A stretch of DNA of 64,000 nt from NCBI GenBank assembly GCA_044892525.1, contig CM097886.1:82336001-82400000 (forward strand), in the 5' to 3' direction. Position numbers and translations under genes: made by a program. A model generated the notes under the pieces. That model saw only the letters and a list, made by a program, of their open reading frames with translations, was not told the DNA's origin and made no database searches. This document shows, in pieces, positions 10,593-22,153 of the stretch; position 1 is the first letter of the stretch, and each line of letters begins with the position of its first letter. The DNA is from Schmidtea polychroa. Lineage: Eukaryota.

Positions 10593-13472
10593 TTACCTCC
10601 TCCCCCACCTCGAAAACACGAGTGCCCTCTTTGTCTTATCCATAGCTCTCATAGTGTCTGCGGCTTTACTCGAGTTAAATCTCGCGTCTTCGATTCTTTC
10701 GCTTCTTGATATCTCGGCTTGTTTCAGGTTAGAGTGTAGGTTAACACTCCGTCCATAAATTATCTCAAATGGTGATAAACCTGTAGCACTTTGTCGACTG
10801 CTATTTATAGTGAACTCTATTCTGGGTAGAAGTTCGTGCCAGTTTCTCTCTTCACATCCGCCTGCCAATGTTGCTGTAATAAGATCTCTTATCGTTCGTA
10901 TGGCTCTTTCGGCTAAACCATTTGATTGGTGCTGATAAGGTGAGCTGAATTCCTGTTTGTTTCCAAGTTTCTTTAGCTTCTGTCTTAGGAAATTCCCTTC
11001 GAAATTTCGGCCTCTATCTGTTAAAATACTCTTCGGTTTTCCAAATCGATAGATCCAACTATTAAGTATTGTTTTGAAAATGGTCCCTTCGTCTTGCTTT
11101 GTGATTGCAGTTAAAAAAATCAGTTTGCTAAAACGGTCCACCATTACTACCATATATTTATTTTTGGCGTTTATTTCCATGTAAGCCACATCCATAACAA
11201 TCTGTTCTAGGAATTCAGAGCTATATCTAGGAATAAATGTTTCCTTGGTTCTTGTCTGATCGATCTTTCTCTTAGCGCAGATCTCGCGACATTGTAAACA
11301 GAGTTGGATTGTTTCTTGCATTTTCGGCCAATAAAATATCTTTTCCATATAATGAAATAATTTCTTAACTCCAATGTGACATAGTTCTTCATGTAGCGTT
11401 GTTGTTAACAAGCCTGCAAATGTTTCTGGGACTAACATTAAGATATTTTTGTTCTTTTCTACTGTTATTAATCCTCCATCAATTTGTGTATTTTTTACGT
11501 TAAAAGGAAAACAATTCTTTTTCTCCCGTGTACATCCATTTTCCAATATCTCTCGCAGCTCTTGAAACCGAATGTCCTTTTGTTGTTGTTCCCATACTTT
11601 TTCCATAGCTTCTGTTCTTTGGATAGTAAATATATATCTAATCTTTGATTTTCCTTCCTTAGCTTCTTCATGTCTTGTTTGACACTGGGTGCAAACCATA
11701 CTTTTTAATCTTGATAGTCCATCTGCATTTGAGTGTTCTTCGCCTTTCCGATATTTTAGTTCAAAATCATATTCCGACAGGTTAGCTAACCATGTTTGGA
11801 ATTGCGGACTGATTGGCGTTCTTGTAGTGTTCATGAAAACCAATGCCTTGTGGTCGGTGCGAATTATGAATTTTCTTCCGTACAGATATTCTCTAAAATG
11901 CATGACGTATTCATGTACGGCGAGCAGTTCTTTCCTGGTTACACAGTATCCCTTTTCATGAGATGACATATGTCTCGAGCCATAAGCTATGACAGATTCT
12001 TCTCCATCTTCTGTAATTTGACTCAAAACTGCAGCAATGGCTCCGAAACTAGCGTCTGTGTCTAAGATAAAAGTCCTATCTTCTCTTGGAAAATCAAGGA
12101 TAGGTGCTTCGCACAACCGTCTCTTCAGAGTTTGGAAGCTCTCATTGCATTCTTTAGTCCAATTTATATCTTTATCGCATCCAGATGTTGCAGCGTATAA
12201 TGGTTCGGCGATTTTGGCATAATCTTTGATGAATCTTCTATAGTAGTTCGTTAATCCGAGAAACGATCTCAATTGTTTTGAACATTTTGGTACTTCTGCT
12301 TTCTCGATCTCTTCCACTTTCTTCCTGTTTGTCTGGATACCCTTCTCGTTAATTGTGTGACCAAGGAATCACAATTCTGTTTTATTGAATTTGCATTTTT
12401 CTGGATTTATCTTCAGTCCTGCCAATTTAATTCTTCTGAATATTTCCCTTAATAGCTCATCGTGGTCTTTTTGACTTTTACCATATACCAAGATATCATC
12501 TAGATAAACTACTACTCCCTTGAATAGCATTCCTTCTAGCACTGTGTGCATCAGTCTCTGGAATGTCGCAGGAGCTGTTGATAAGCCAAACGGTAGTCTA
12601 TTGAAGCAAAATTGTCCTTCTCTTGTACTGAATGCAGTCATTTCTTGAATTTCTGGAGCCAGCTCCACTTGATAATACGCCTGACCTAAATCGATTGACG
12701 AAAATACTTTTGCATTCGCGAGACAGTCTAGTAAGAATTTGGTGTTAGGCATAGGAAATGACTCTTTTTCCACGATAATCTACACACATCCTGATAGATC
12801 CATATTTCTTCCCTACTATAACTTACGGGGCATTCCAAGGACTCTTGCAACATCGAATAACATTTGCTTTCATTAACTCTTTTATCAATTCTTCAATCCT
12901 TTTCTCCATGTGCATTGGTTGATGTCGAGGATGTTGCATTATTGGGCCTCCTGTTATCCGCATCTCATGTCGAACTAAGTTTGTAAATCCCAGATCGAAT
13001 TTCGATGCCATAAAAATTCCACCGTATTCCCTGATCATTCCTTCAATATCTTTATTATTGTCACCTGCCATCGCCACTAGTGCTTTATTTATTCTTTCTT
13101 CATCAGTGTAAATTTTGTTTATCAATGACGTTTCTATATTATTGATTTTCACTAACTTTACTCCAAACTCTTTCATTGTATCAATGCCTCCTATGAATTC
13201 GGGTTTGATCTCTTTTACCACTACTACTGTGATCATTTTGGTCTTCTGATTCCATGTGGCCGGTATAGTCATGTATCCCATTGCTTCTTCACCTCCAGTA
13301 AAAAAACTCCGCACAATAATATCATACTACGTTTAAGTTCTGGTTTACCTATTTTCTCCCACAAACTCTTGCTCATGACTGTTACTGATGCTCCAGAATC
13401 CCATAACATCTCTGTTGCGGAATTATTCAACATTATTTTACTCCAATTTCTTCCATCTTTCGTCTGGTACAT
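10593..13472 (-). pseudogene. pol: pol (protease-RT-RNase H-integrase), fragmented
   Basis: LWDSGASVTV; KSPWNAP; DLGQAYYQ, LPFGL, YLDD; ILDTDAS; HEELCHIG..CREIC; LTDRGRNFE; NGLAERAIRTI. Confidence 0.93.
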
Positions 13473-13723
13473 CTCTTCTTCTGCCTCGCCTCTTCGTCTT
13501 TCATTTCTTATTTCACAATTTATTGTCTTGACTCCACCGACGAAATGAAACCCATGGAGTCGCTGTTGTTTTTTCCGTCTTCTCTCAATATAGTATATTT
13601 TTCAGGGACATTGTATCTATCTTCCATGTCGCTGTGAGCAGTTCTGAAATCCTGGCTGTTCTCGGTGTAATCTCTTCTTTCAGATTTTGAATCTTCTTCT
13701 TCTATGCACGCTATCCTTTGATA

Positions 13724-14827
13724 TCAGTGTGGAACCTCTTTCCGTAACGAAAAACAATCTCGGAAACCGTGACCTTCCTTGCCACATATCAGGCATTTAT
13801 TTCCCAGTGGACACTCATACCTTCTGTGTCCCTTTTCGCCACAGCAAAAACAATCACCTACCGCTAATTTTGAGACCGATGCTTGTGGTAGTCCTCTACT
13901 TTCGTTGTACAGCCTCCTTGCTATATTCTTCATGGATATTGTTGGCAGCTTCCTTTCTGAGCTATTCGGGATTCTCGCATTTCTCAAGAATTGTTCTCTT
14001 GGAGATTGTTCTCGACGACCATGGTTATTTCCTTCATATTGTATTGGTCCGCGTATAGGATATTCGTCTCTTCTTGATCTGTGGTGACTAAATTGGTCTT
14101 CTGATTGCCTTCTTTGTGGTGATGTAGGCATGGGATTTTGGGTATTCTGTTGAATTCTCATCTGCCCTCCCTCAGTCACGCTAGCGTATGTTCTTTGACC
14201 GATTGCTTTAACTAATTCTGTTTTATGGTTTCCATTTTTGTTACTTTCAAAAATTTTCGCCAATGATCTCGTTTCTTCAATTTTTGTTTCTGGTTTCGTC
14301 AATAGTATCTCCCGCAGTCTCGCATCACGTGCTTTATTTGCGATGAGGTCTTGAACAATATCTTCTTCTGATCGTCCTGAATTTACAACTTCAGCTAAAG
14401 CTTTTCTTAGCCGTATCTCAAAAGCTGCAAACCTTTCATCATCTTCCTGTTCCATAGCTGCCAATTCTCTGATTTTGTCAGTTATAGATTTTGTAATTGT
14501 GAACGTATTTAAGAACCACGATTTGGCTTTTACATCTGTTGTTTCTGTTTCTCTGACGTTTCCCCACAATGTCTTTGCTTCTGCCACTAATAACACATCG
14601 AAAGTCCTTGTCAATCACTGTCCATTTGTCAGCAACAATTCTTCTATATCTCTGATCCATTCTTCGGCTTCTTTTAAACCTCGTCCATCATATCGTCTGA
14701 TGTTCAGAGTGAGCATGTCTTGGCATGATTTCAGTAGGCATTCCATTAGCGATTTTGTCGATTTCGAAATGGCGTTGATATTTTGATTTTCGGCGTGGTC
14801 GCCAGTTAAATCCATCTTTAGATCCAT
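13724..14827 (-). pseudogene. gag: gag with two CCHC knuckles, in-frame stop at 14615-14617
   Basis: CFCCGEKGHRRYEC and CLICGKEGHGFRDC; ORFs 14615-14827 and 13724-14614 are in the same frame, separated by TGA. Confidence 0.88.
14794..14804 (-). promoter_or_regulatory. Primer-binding site (tRNA-Arg(TCG)-like)
   Basis: TGGCGACCACG overlaps the last LTR base; tRNA identity is from recall. Confidence 0.65.
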
Positions 14828-14956
14828 CTTTAAATTTGCAGCAAAAATCTTGAAACTAACAATATATATTTAATCAAAGAATTTATAAATAACAAGTTTT
14901 AATTAATTCACAAAATCCGCAAATTCCTAATTATTCCAACAACAAGATATCTAACT
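14804..14956 (-). repeat. 5' LTR (153 bp)
   Basis: Carries a 12-bp tandem duplication (ATGGATCTAAAG on minus) absent from the 3' LTR. Confidence 0.95.
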
Positions 14957-15099
14957 ATTAAAAATAAGTAGCTTTCAAATTATAAGCAATTGAAATATTT
15001 TTCAAATAGATCTTCCAATTTCTCTTAATTTGCTATGACATTCTATACTAGATAATCATTTCCACGTTGAAATGTAATTAACAAAATTTTAGTTCATTT

Positions 15100-16620
15100 A
15101 CCTTGTTCTTACTTATTCATGGTTGCCGTCAGCTTCTATCTGTGTGTTGGGTTTGTGGATAACTTGACCTACTAAGCTCCCACTGGAACTCATCATAACA
15201 TTGGAAAGATCACCTGTCATTCTTTTAACAGGAACCTTGGTAAATGTCATATTGTTGCATTGTTTCTCAGTATTTTTATCCCTCCTTTTTTGTACTTTTG
15301 TTGGGCGCCTAGCGGTGTGTCACAATGATGGATCTTAGGGGGAATTGTAACTGCTCAGAAGGACTCCTTCCTAAACGCCCATTATGATTGTTATCTTACT
15401 ACCAACTATGTACCCATGACACTAGTCATGTTGGTGTTGTACATACTGGCTGAAATTCATTAGCAGGTGAGCCCTTGTGTTAGGATTACTCTTCATGACA
15501 TTCACTCTTCGGGTCCTGGAATGCCTATAGAAGGACTTACATCTGTATAATTTTCCTATGCTGACATGCCGACAAACCTCTGGTCCAGTTGAGGTTATCT
15601 CTAAATACTCTGCCTTTCTTTTCTACTTCACCGTTTGGCCAAATATTTCACAATTTCTTGAAACCAATAAGACGAGGAAAACGACATCGAGTTATATTGA
15701 AATCACAACATGCGAGACGTTCCTCCTAGTAGATCAATTCTTTTCTTAAGTCCCCCAATATCAACGTTTAGCTGGCATATAGTTGCATTTTTATCCGCTC
15801 AAGAAAAGTACGCTACCTCTCTACTAGACTTGTCTTATCTGGAGTAACTCATTTATTGTTTGTTTGTAGGATGACACTCAGGAAAATCAACTCTGTGTAA
15901 CACTCTGAATTCTAGCTGTTTCTGTTTATAAAGTTTTGCATTGATGTGCTGAAGCTGGAGTCCTAACATGACATTGGTTTGGTACAATCTGTATGTCAAT
16001 TCGAAACTGCTCGGACCATTCTAACTACTATTCCTTCAAATCAAAGTTTCATGCTCAACCATTCCTATCGCATACCTAATCACAACCGTGATGTGCCAAA
16101 CTGCCAAGACATTCGCAGGCCATCAACACCAGTTCCAACGGTACATAATCATCCATACAATCTGGTCTCATTGCATATAATTATGATAATGAAAATAATA
16201 AAAGTTTTATAAATAAATGTCACAACAATGATCTTAGTTATTGACTTTCAATGTTTTTACCATGAACATAAAGTATTCTCTGACTTATCTCAAAAGTTTT
16301 CACTATCGCTCATGAAGAACATTCGTCGTCCTAGACTATCATTACTCTCCCAAACTGTCATTGTTCTAGACAAGAGCAATAAAGGTCAAAGAAAACAACC
16401 AGCTCAAAGTCCCAGTTGACAAACCAATCAGTGATTTGTGATCTTTTAATCCGGTGTTATACGGAAGTGCATATTCCTCACTGAGTGTTGTAATAAGCAT
16501 TTTATCGTCACCAAGCAGGGTGTTGAATTGATTATAAGTGTAAAGTAAAAGTTCATTTGTGATTATCAATAAAGATTTCTGTTGTCAAGTGTTATTTGTG
16601 GATCGGTCAAAGACACGCTT
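15100..16620 (-). pseudogene. Heavily decayed APE-RT non-LTR retrotransposon fragment
   Basis: GC-elevated tract; residual motifs on minus resemble the APE C-terminus (..GLKDHKSLI) and RT domains (EFQPV ~ dfRPI; SFQCYDEFQW ~ AFDsv.w). Confidence 0.4.
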
Positions 16621-16689
16621 GGAGTCAGACTAAACATTTAAATTTATCACCAACTCTATAACCTAACATTATTATTATTTTTAAAATAT

Positions 16690-17060
16690 TATTAAGTGGT
16701 CTTGCGAGCACCTAATATTGAAATTTGTCAACATGAGTCATCGCATGATTCATTAAAGGTCATTCTCAAGGTCATATGAATCATCCGATGTGTCATAAAA
16801 ATTTTTTTTATTATTTTTCAAAATATTATTAGTGGTCTTGCGGGCACCTGATTTTGATCATGCAAAAAGTTAGTGTTCCTATGATCCGATTATATTATCC
16901 GATAGCTTATTTTAAAGCCCAGTGCAAGACCTTTTTAATGAGTTATAGATATCATTATTATTTGTAAATATATCAACAAATTTCCAAGATCATGTTTCAA
17001 GGTCATATTATTATTTTTAAAGCCTATTTTTTAAAGCACAGTGCAAAACCTTTTTAATGA
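16690..17060 (+). repeat. Second copy of the TGACCT/TGAGTCA-rich terminal-repeat family (inverted relative to 96-707)
   Basis: Reverse complement matches about 200-560 (AAGGTCTTGCACT, AAGCTATCGG, CAGGTGCCCGC.AGA.CACT, ATATGACCTTG.GAATGACC). Confidence 0.8.
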
Positions 17061-17174
17061 GCTATATCAAATGTATATCAAACAAAAGGTATACTCTGAG
17101 TTTATCCAAACAAAATATTTTGTCCCCCTATGGGCATTGCTCGCAAGGGTACTCACACTCAACAACTTAAAAGG

Positions 17175-17175
<1 letters not shown>

Positions 17176-17243
<68 letters not shown>
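17176..17243. repeat. (TAT)n microsatellite
   Basis: Pure triplet run. Confidence 0.95.
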
Positions 17244-17244
<1 letters not shown>

Positions 17245-17328
17245 CATTAATTTATTATTATTTATATTATTTCCAAAAAATATTTTCAATGTATTATAAT
17301 AATTAATTTATTATTATTTTTTTTATTA

Positions 17329-17664
17329 TTGTATTTAATGTATTTAGACAAGACAGGGGCAAACAACGATTCACTGAATGAATACTTTTGGAGTTGCATG
17401 TATTTAAGGTTGAAACTGGTATATAGTAGATTGATTTATAAATGGATAGCGAAAGCCGATTTGATTGAAAATAAGCTAACGGAAAAACTGAACGATGTTA
17501 AGAAAAGGTATTTAACTTGTTCAATTTGTAAAGAAAATCAAGTTTCGGTTTTGTTTTTTCCGTGTCATCACGTAATTGTTTATTCGAAGTGTCACGGGAA
17601 AAATGTTCGCAATTGTCAAGCCTTTTCAACACTGATTAATGAATATCATGCTATATACATGTAA
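17329..17664 (+). pseudogene. IAP/MDM2-type C-terminal RING-HC domain, degenerate
   Basis: LTCSICKENQVSVLFFPCHHVIVYSKC..VRNCQAF..I; two expected Cys replaced by Y and F. Confidence 0.7.
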
Positions 17665-17809
17665 GTTCTTAATATGATATCAAAGTCAAATGAATTATTA
17701 CCATACATAATGACGGTGCTATGATGGAGAAAATTTTCAAACAACGAATAGTATGATATGTGAAATCATCTTGGTAATTATAATTAAAGTTTAAATATAT
17801 TGAGCGCGA

Positions 17810-17996
17810 ATGAAACTACCAAATGGTGATATGATGAAGGAAATTTCAGGAATGGTATGGTATTTATAATATATAATATTAATTTTAGATTATCCAGAAT
17901 GAAATATACCCATGGGTTCATCAAAATGGGAAAAAAGATCTTTGCAAGAACCATGAAGATGCTCGAAAAGCAGAAGAAACTCTAACCAATATTTAA
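17810..17996 (+). CDS. Putative small spliced ORF, 50 aa (exons 17810-17854 and 17889-17996), unknown product
   Basis: 34-nt GTATGG...TTTTAG intron joins in frame: MKLPNGDMMKEISGM|IIQNEIYPWVHQNGKKDLCKNHEDARKAEETLTNI*. Confidence 0.35.
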
Positions 17997-18802
17997 AGTT
18001 GACATTATGTGTTACAGTAGCATTGGTTATTATTGTTTCGTAAATAAATGTTTTAATTCGTTTTTATAAATTTATTGTTTTATTGTAATACTTTTTTGAT
18101 TAAAACACATTTATTATTAATTCATAATGTTTTATTAATATTATTATTTTGTATAAATTTTAAAAATAGTGTTATTTATATATATAGAAATTTACAATTC
18201 ATGAAATATTCATTTTAAATAATAATGATGCTTTTCTTCTGTCCATTGCTTCTCCTCTGATATTACTGCCATAATCATCTTCGACAAAATGCAAAGATAA
18301 TATTTCTAGTATCTTTGTTAATCATGACCATTTATTGCAAAGTCTTTGTTAATTATGCACTTGTATTGCAAATTTATTAGTCATACAAATTGTATTGTAC
18401 AAATATTTTTACTTACTTAAGAAATTGCTATATATTTAAAATAACCATGTACTTTTCACTAAATGGCCTAAAACTTTGTTAAATATTTTAAAATAATTAA
18501 AATAATAAAATAATGATATAAATAATAATAAAATTTAAAATAATAAAATGATATTATGTCAGTGCATGATAAACTAATATAATTGTATGATACAAATTTT
18601 TATATAGTTGATAGAAATACATAAATAATTTCAATCATTTAGTAAAAATATGAATATTTAAGTAACTGAATTCTTAGGTTATATAGTAAAATCATATTTT
18701 GAGTATTTTTAGTTAATTTGTGAATATCGGTATTTTGATGCACCAATATAAAACAAATTAATCTATAAAGACCATTTGGGTAGCATATTGTAAGTTCTTA
18801 TA

Positions 18803-18988
18803 CACCAATATCTCACTTTGCGTCGTGGTTACGTTCCGAAAAAACACGAAACAAATTGAAACGACGCAAAGTGAATTATGATTTTCTATTGAATTGAACT
18901 ATTGTGAAAAAAAATTAAAGACTCAAACCCAAAACAACGCAACATCGAAAAAATGCAAAACGAAACGACACAAAGCTAGGTATTGGTG
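18803..18988. mobile_element. Tc1/mariner-pogo-type MITE
   Basis: TIR CACCAATA(T/C)CT..CTTTG(C/T)GTCGT at both ends; TA TSD. Confidence 0.8.
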
Positions 18989-21019
18989 TATATAGCCAGA
19001 GTTTATCCGACAAGATATTTGAACCCCCCCCCCCCCCCTATAGGTACGCTCAAACACAATATGTCGCAAGGGTATATTAATTAGCAAATAAAAGCACGTA
19101 TATTAGTTAGAAATATATGGTAATAATTCCTAGGTAATTTAGTAAGAAATAGATGCTCATATATATCTTTATTAGAAATTCATGAATAATTAGGATATTT
19201 TAAATGTAACTTTTACCGAATTCTTTAGTATATTTCGATCGACTAATTTATTGGTTACCTTAGTTATTTTTAGTCATTTAAAATAATATCTAGTATTTTA
19301 TAGGTAATTTATTCATCTAATGTTTATTACAATAATTTCATTGATAATTTATAACTTCGTGAGAAATATATGGTCATTAATAACAACATATATTCATTGA
19401 TAATTTTGGTAGAAATTATCATTTGGAGTAAGTTTTTTCGAGGCAAAATATTTAAAGGAATCATAATAGAAATATGGTTATTATTTAACCAATTAAGGTT
19501 TTAACTAATTAGTTAGAAATATATATTATAGGGTAACAATTCTTTTCTAATTTAGTGAGATGATCATTGGGCGTAATATATCTTTGCGAGAAATATATCG
19601 CCATCTAGGTTTGAAATATAGATGTTTGAATAACCAAAACATGGATATTTTGTGTGAATAATTTATGAATATTGGTTAATTTTGTCATATATAATTATAT
19701 ATATAATATATATAATTAACTGATATTCAACCGATTTAATTTCTAGAAATATAATTAAAATCATAAATTTTCTTCTGTTAGAGGATGGACGAACACTAAA
19801 GATTCTGAAAATTAAATATTACAAGGTGGGAGCAGATAAATACAGAATAAACATACATATAGACAATAATCAATAATATCTATGTGATGAAAGGAATAAA
19901 CATTACTATATTGACTTGTGATAATAACTTATTTTTAAAAATTTGATGTGATCTGTTAATTTATCTATTTATGCAATTATATTGATTTATTGGTTCTTGG
20001 TGACATTATAATAAAATAAACCTAATACGAATAACTTTATCTTGTTTGTTGATAATATTATAAATGTCTATTTTTATTGTCTGTTAATGTTATTATTATC
20101 ATTATTGTTGTTATTATTGTTATTATAATATTTATTATTATTATTATTTAAAACAATAAAATGATAATTTAAGCCTTTTGCTGCAAATAATGTATTTAAT
20201 GAAAAAATTCTCGACTATAAGATAGTCCTTATCAAAGCTTGTACTGTTTAATAATAATAATTATAATAATAATAGTAATATTAATTCAACAATCAAATAC
20301 CATCGACAACCAAGTACTTACAATTAGATACTCACAACTAGATACCAAGTACAATTAAATACTAAATATTCTTCAACACATACACTATCTTCTTGTCAAC
20401 ATCTACAATTAAACTCAATCAACCAAGTACTAACAACTATTTACTAACAACTAAGTACTAAACACTATCAACAAAGAACTAACAAATAGATCTTTCAACC
20501 ACATACCTACACATAAAATAATAACAATAAAAGACTTAAAAAAAAATTTATTCATCATGTATTTACTTATAATAAGCTCTTCTTAATTCAACAAGTAAAA
20601 TATTTCTTATAATCTTGTCAAAATCTAAAAGGTCAACCAGATACTAATGGTGGGTTACAGGTGGTTGAATGTTTACGTGCTGTTACCAGCGTAACCCAGA
20701 ATACAACATTGTTTTCCTCTTGGTACCCGTTGAGCAATCAACGTTGGTACTGTACCAAGGGGTTGAGTACTCGCAAAAAGTGAGCGCCTTAAGAGCACTA
20801 TAATTGTCGAGCACTCTATGGGTTCACGGACGCCGATAGAAAGCACGTGTCCGATTTATTTCGGTCCCTCATCGAGATTGTTTTCCCAAACGCCTCTCTG
20901 CCGACCGTCTGGTCCTGGATCATCACAAAGTTTGATCACATATGCATTAGACAACAAGAATCATTTATTTAATCACTACTATATTACAAGGTATGTTTTA
21001 CTCAGGAGGGGTTGCACTC

Positions 21020-21473
21020 TCAAACGTTCCTCGGGATCGTGGAGGGACTGCAGGCTCTTTCGATTTTTTCTTGCTCGGCCAGCCAGGCCCTCTTCAATTT
21101 TTCCCAGGTATTCCGCCCTAGCCGTTTACGTTTCGGCTTGCTTGCCTGGGCAGGTGGGTATATCTTGGCTAGCTCCACCTGAAGAGGACGAATCTGCTCT
21201 TGGAGGGCGTCCTGGATGAATTTTTCATTCAGTTTGCTCTCGAGCGAGCGTACTTGTAGCTTCAACGCTCGGATTTCGAGTTGATCTTGCTCCGCCTGGA
21301 TCTGGAGTTGGGAGATGTGTGTTGTCCGTTTCTTCATCTCAGCCGGACTGAACCAAGTGCCTTCGAGTTCTCGGCACTTGATTTTTAGCTTCTCGACTCG
21401 ACTTTGAAGGTCCTCGGATTGTTGCTGGGCCTGTTCTCGGTCTTTCCGTAGATTTTCAAGTAGCTTGTACACT
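21020..21473 (-). CDS. Coiled-coil exon/ORF with basic NLS-like tail, unknown family
   Basis: About 150 codons open, GC-rich; E/Q/K/L/R-rich heptad-like sequence; KPKRKR; preceded by acceptor TTTCCTTCAG; AATAAA downstream. Confidence 0.65.
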
Positions 21474-21787
21474 GAAGGAAAACAATAATAAAAATTTCAT
21501 CGCTCGTTTCCATGTGCATAAAGGTGATTCGATTATTTTCATAAAATTAATAACTGAAGAGAAAAGGGGGGGGGGGGTCATCCGTCCCTGAAGACACCCC
21601 ATACGCAATAAGACTTCTATATAATGGCTAAAAGATGATTTATTATATTATGAATACGCACGACCAAAAAGTTTTAATAATAAAAATTGCTACAGTTCGT
21701 CATAGTTGTTACAAAGACAAAAGTCAAACACCACATAGTATCACTAATTAGATTAAATAGTTCGCCCGAATTGTTACTATCGATAAG

Positions 21788-22153
21788 TTAGGCCGGGTTC
21801 TTACGGGGCCTTCCCCGTTTTCGTGGAGGGGCATCTGTCTCCTCCAGCTCTTCAGGAGTTACTCCCATTATTTCGGCTTTGAGCTGGAGCTCGAGTCTCC
21901 TCAGCCGCTTCTGGGCCTCTACTACTTCGTCGGCCGCCCGATCGCGGGCTTCCCATAACACGTTGCTGGTGGGCTCTACTTTCACCCACGCCGGGGCATC
22001 GGGCTCTGGGCCACTTCGGATGACCGGACCGTAATTATCGAGGTCCAACCCCCGGTTCCAATCGTGTATCCGATACCAGATGTACCGGGTCCGGAGCCGC
22101 GTGATCATTTGATTGTAGGCTTCATCACCGTTTGAGTCGCCAGAGTGAGACAT
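21788..22153 (-). CDS. 121-aa protein with C-terminal AT-hook (PRKRGRPRK), unknown family
   Basis: Intact ATG-to-TAA ORF in a GC-rich island; acceptor TTGCATTACAG 2 nt before the ATG; decayed paralogue at 8451-8897. Confidence 0.7.
   Translation of the reverse strand: MSHSGDSNGDEAYNQMITRLRTRYIWYRIHDWNRGLDLDNYGPVIRSGPEPDAPAWVKVEPTSNVLWEARDRAADEVVEAQKRLRRLELQLKAEIMGVTPEELEETDAPPRKRGRPRKNPA

Larger units (their letters stand above)
10281..14956 (-). mobile_element. Ty3/gypsy LTR retrotransposon, full length but with nonsense and frameshift lesions
   Basis: LTRs 10281-10421 and 14804-14956 with AGTTA...TAACT termini, identical except a 12-bp tandem duplication; 5-bp TSD ATTAA; PPT AAGAAGGGGAG; PBS TGGCGACCACG. 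Confidence 0.96.

Noticed and set aside
707-16690. One 16-kb element bounded by the inverted repeats at 96-707 and 16690-17060
   Set aside because: The terminus-proximal parts of the two repeats face each other, so the element interiors point outward; the interval also holds a host gene and independent insertions.
19070-19800. Recurring AGAAATATA cores separated by variable sequence
   Set aside because: Spacing is irregular and the core is only about 9 bp in very AT-rich DNA; at most an old decayed satellite, not a repeat-spacer system.
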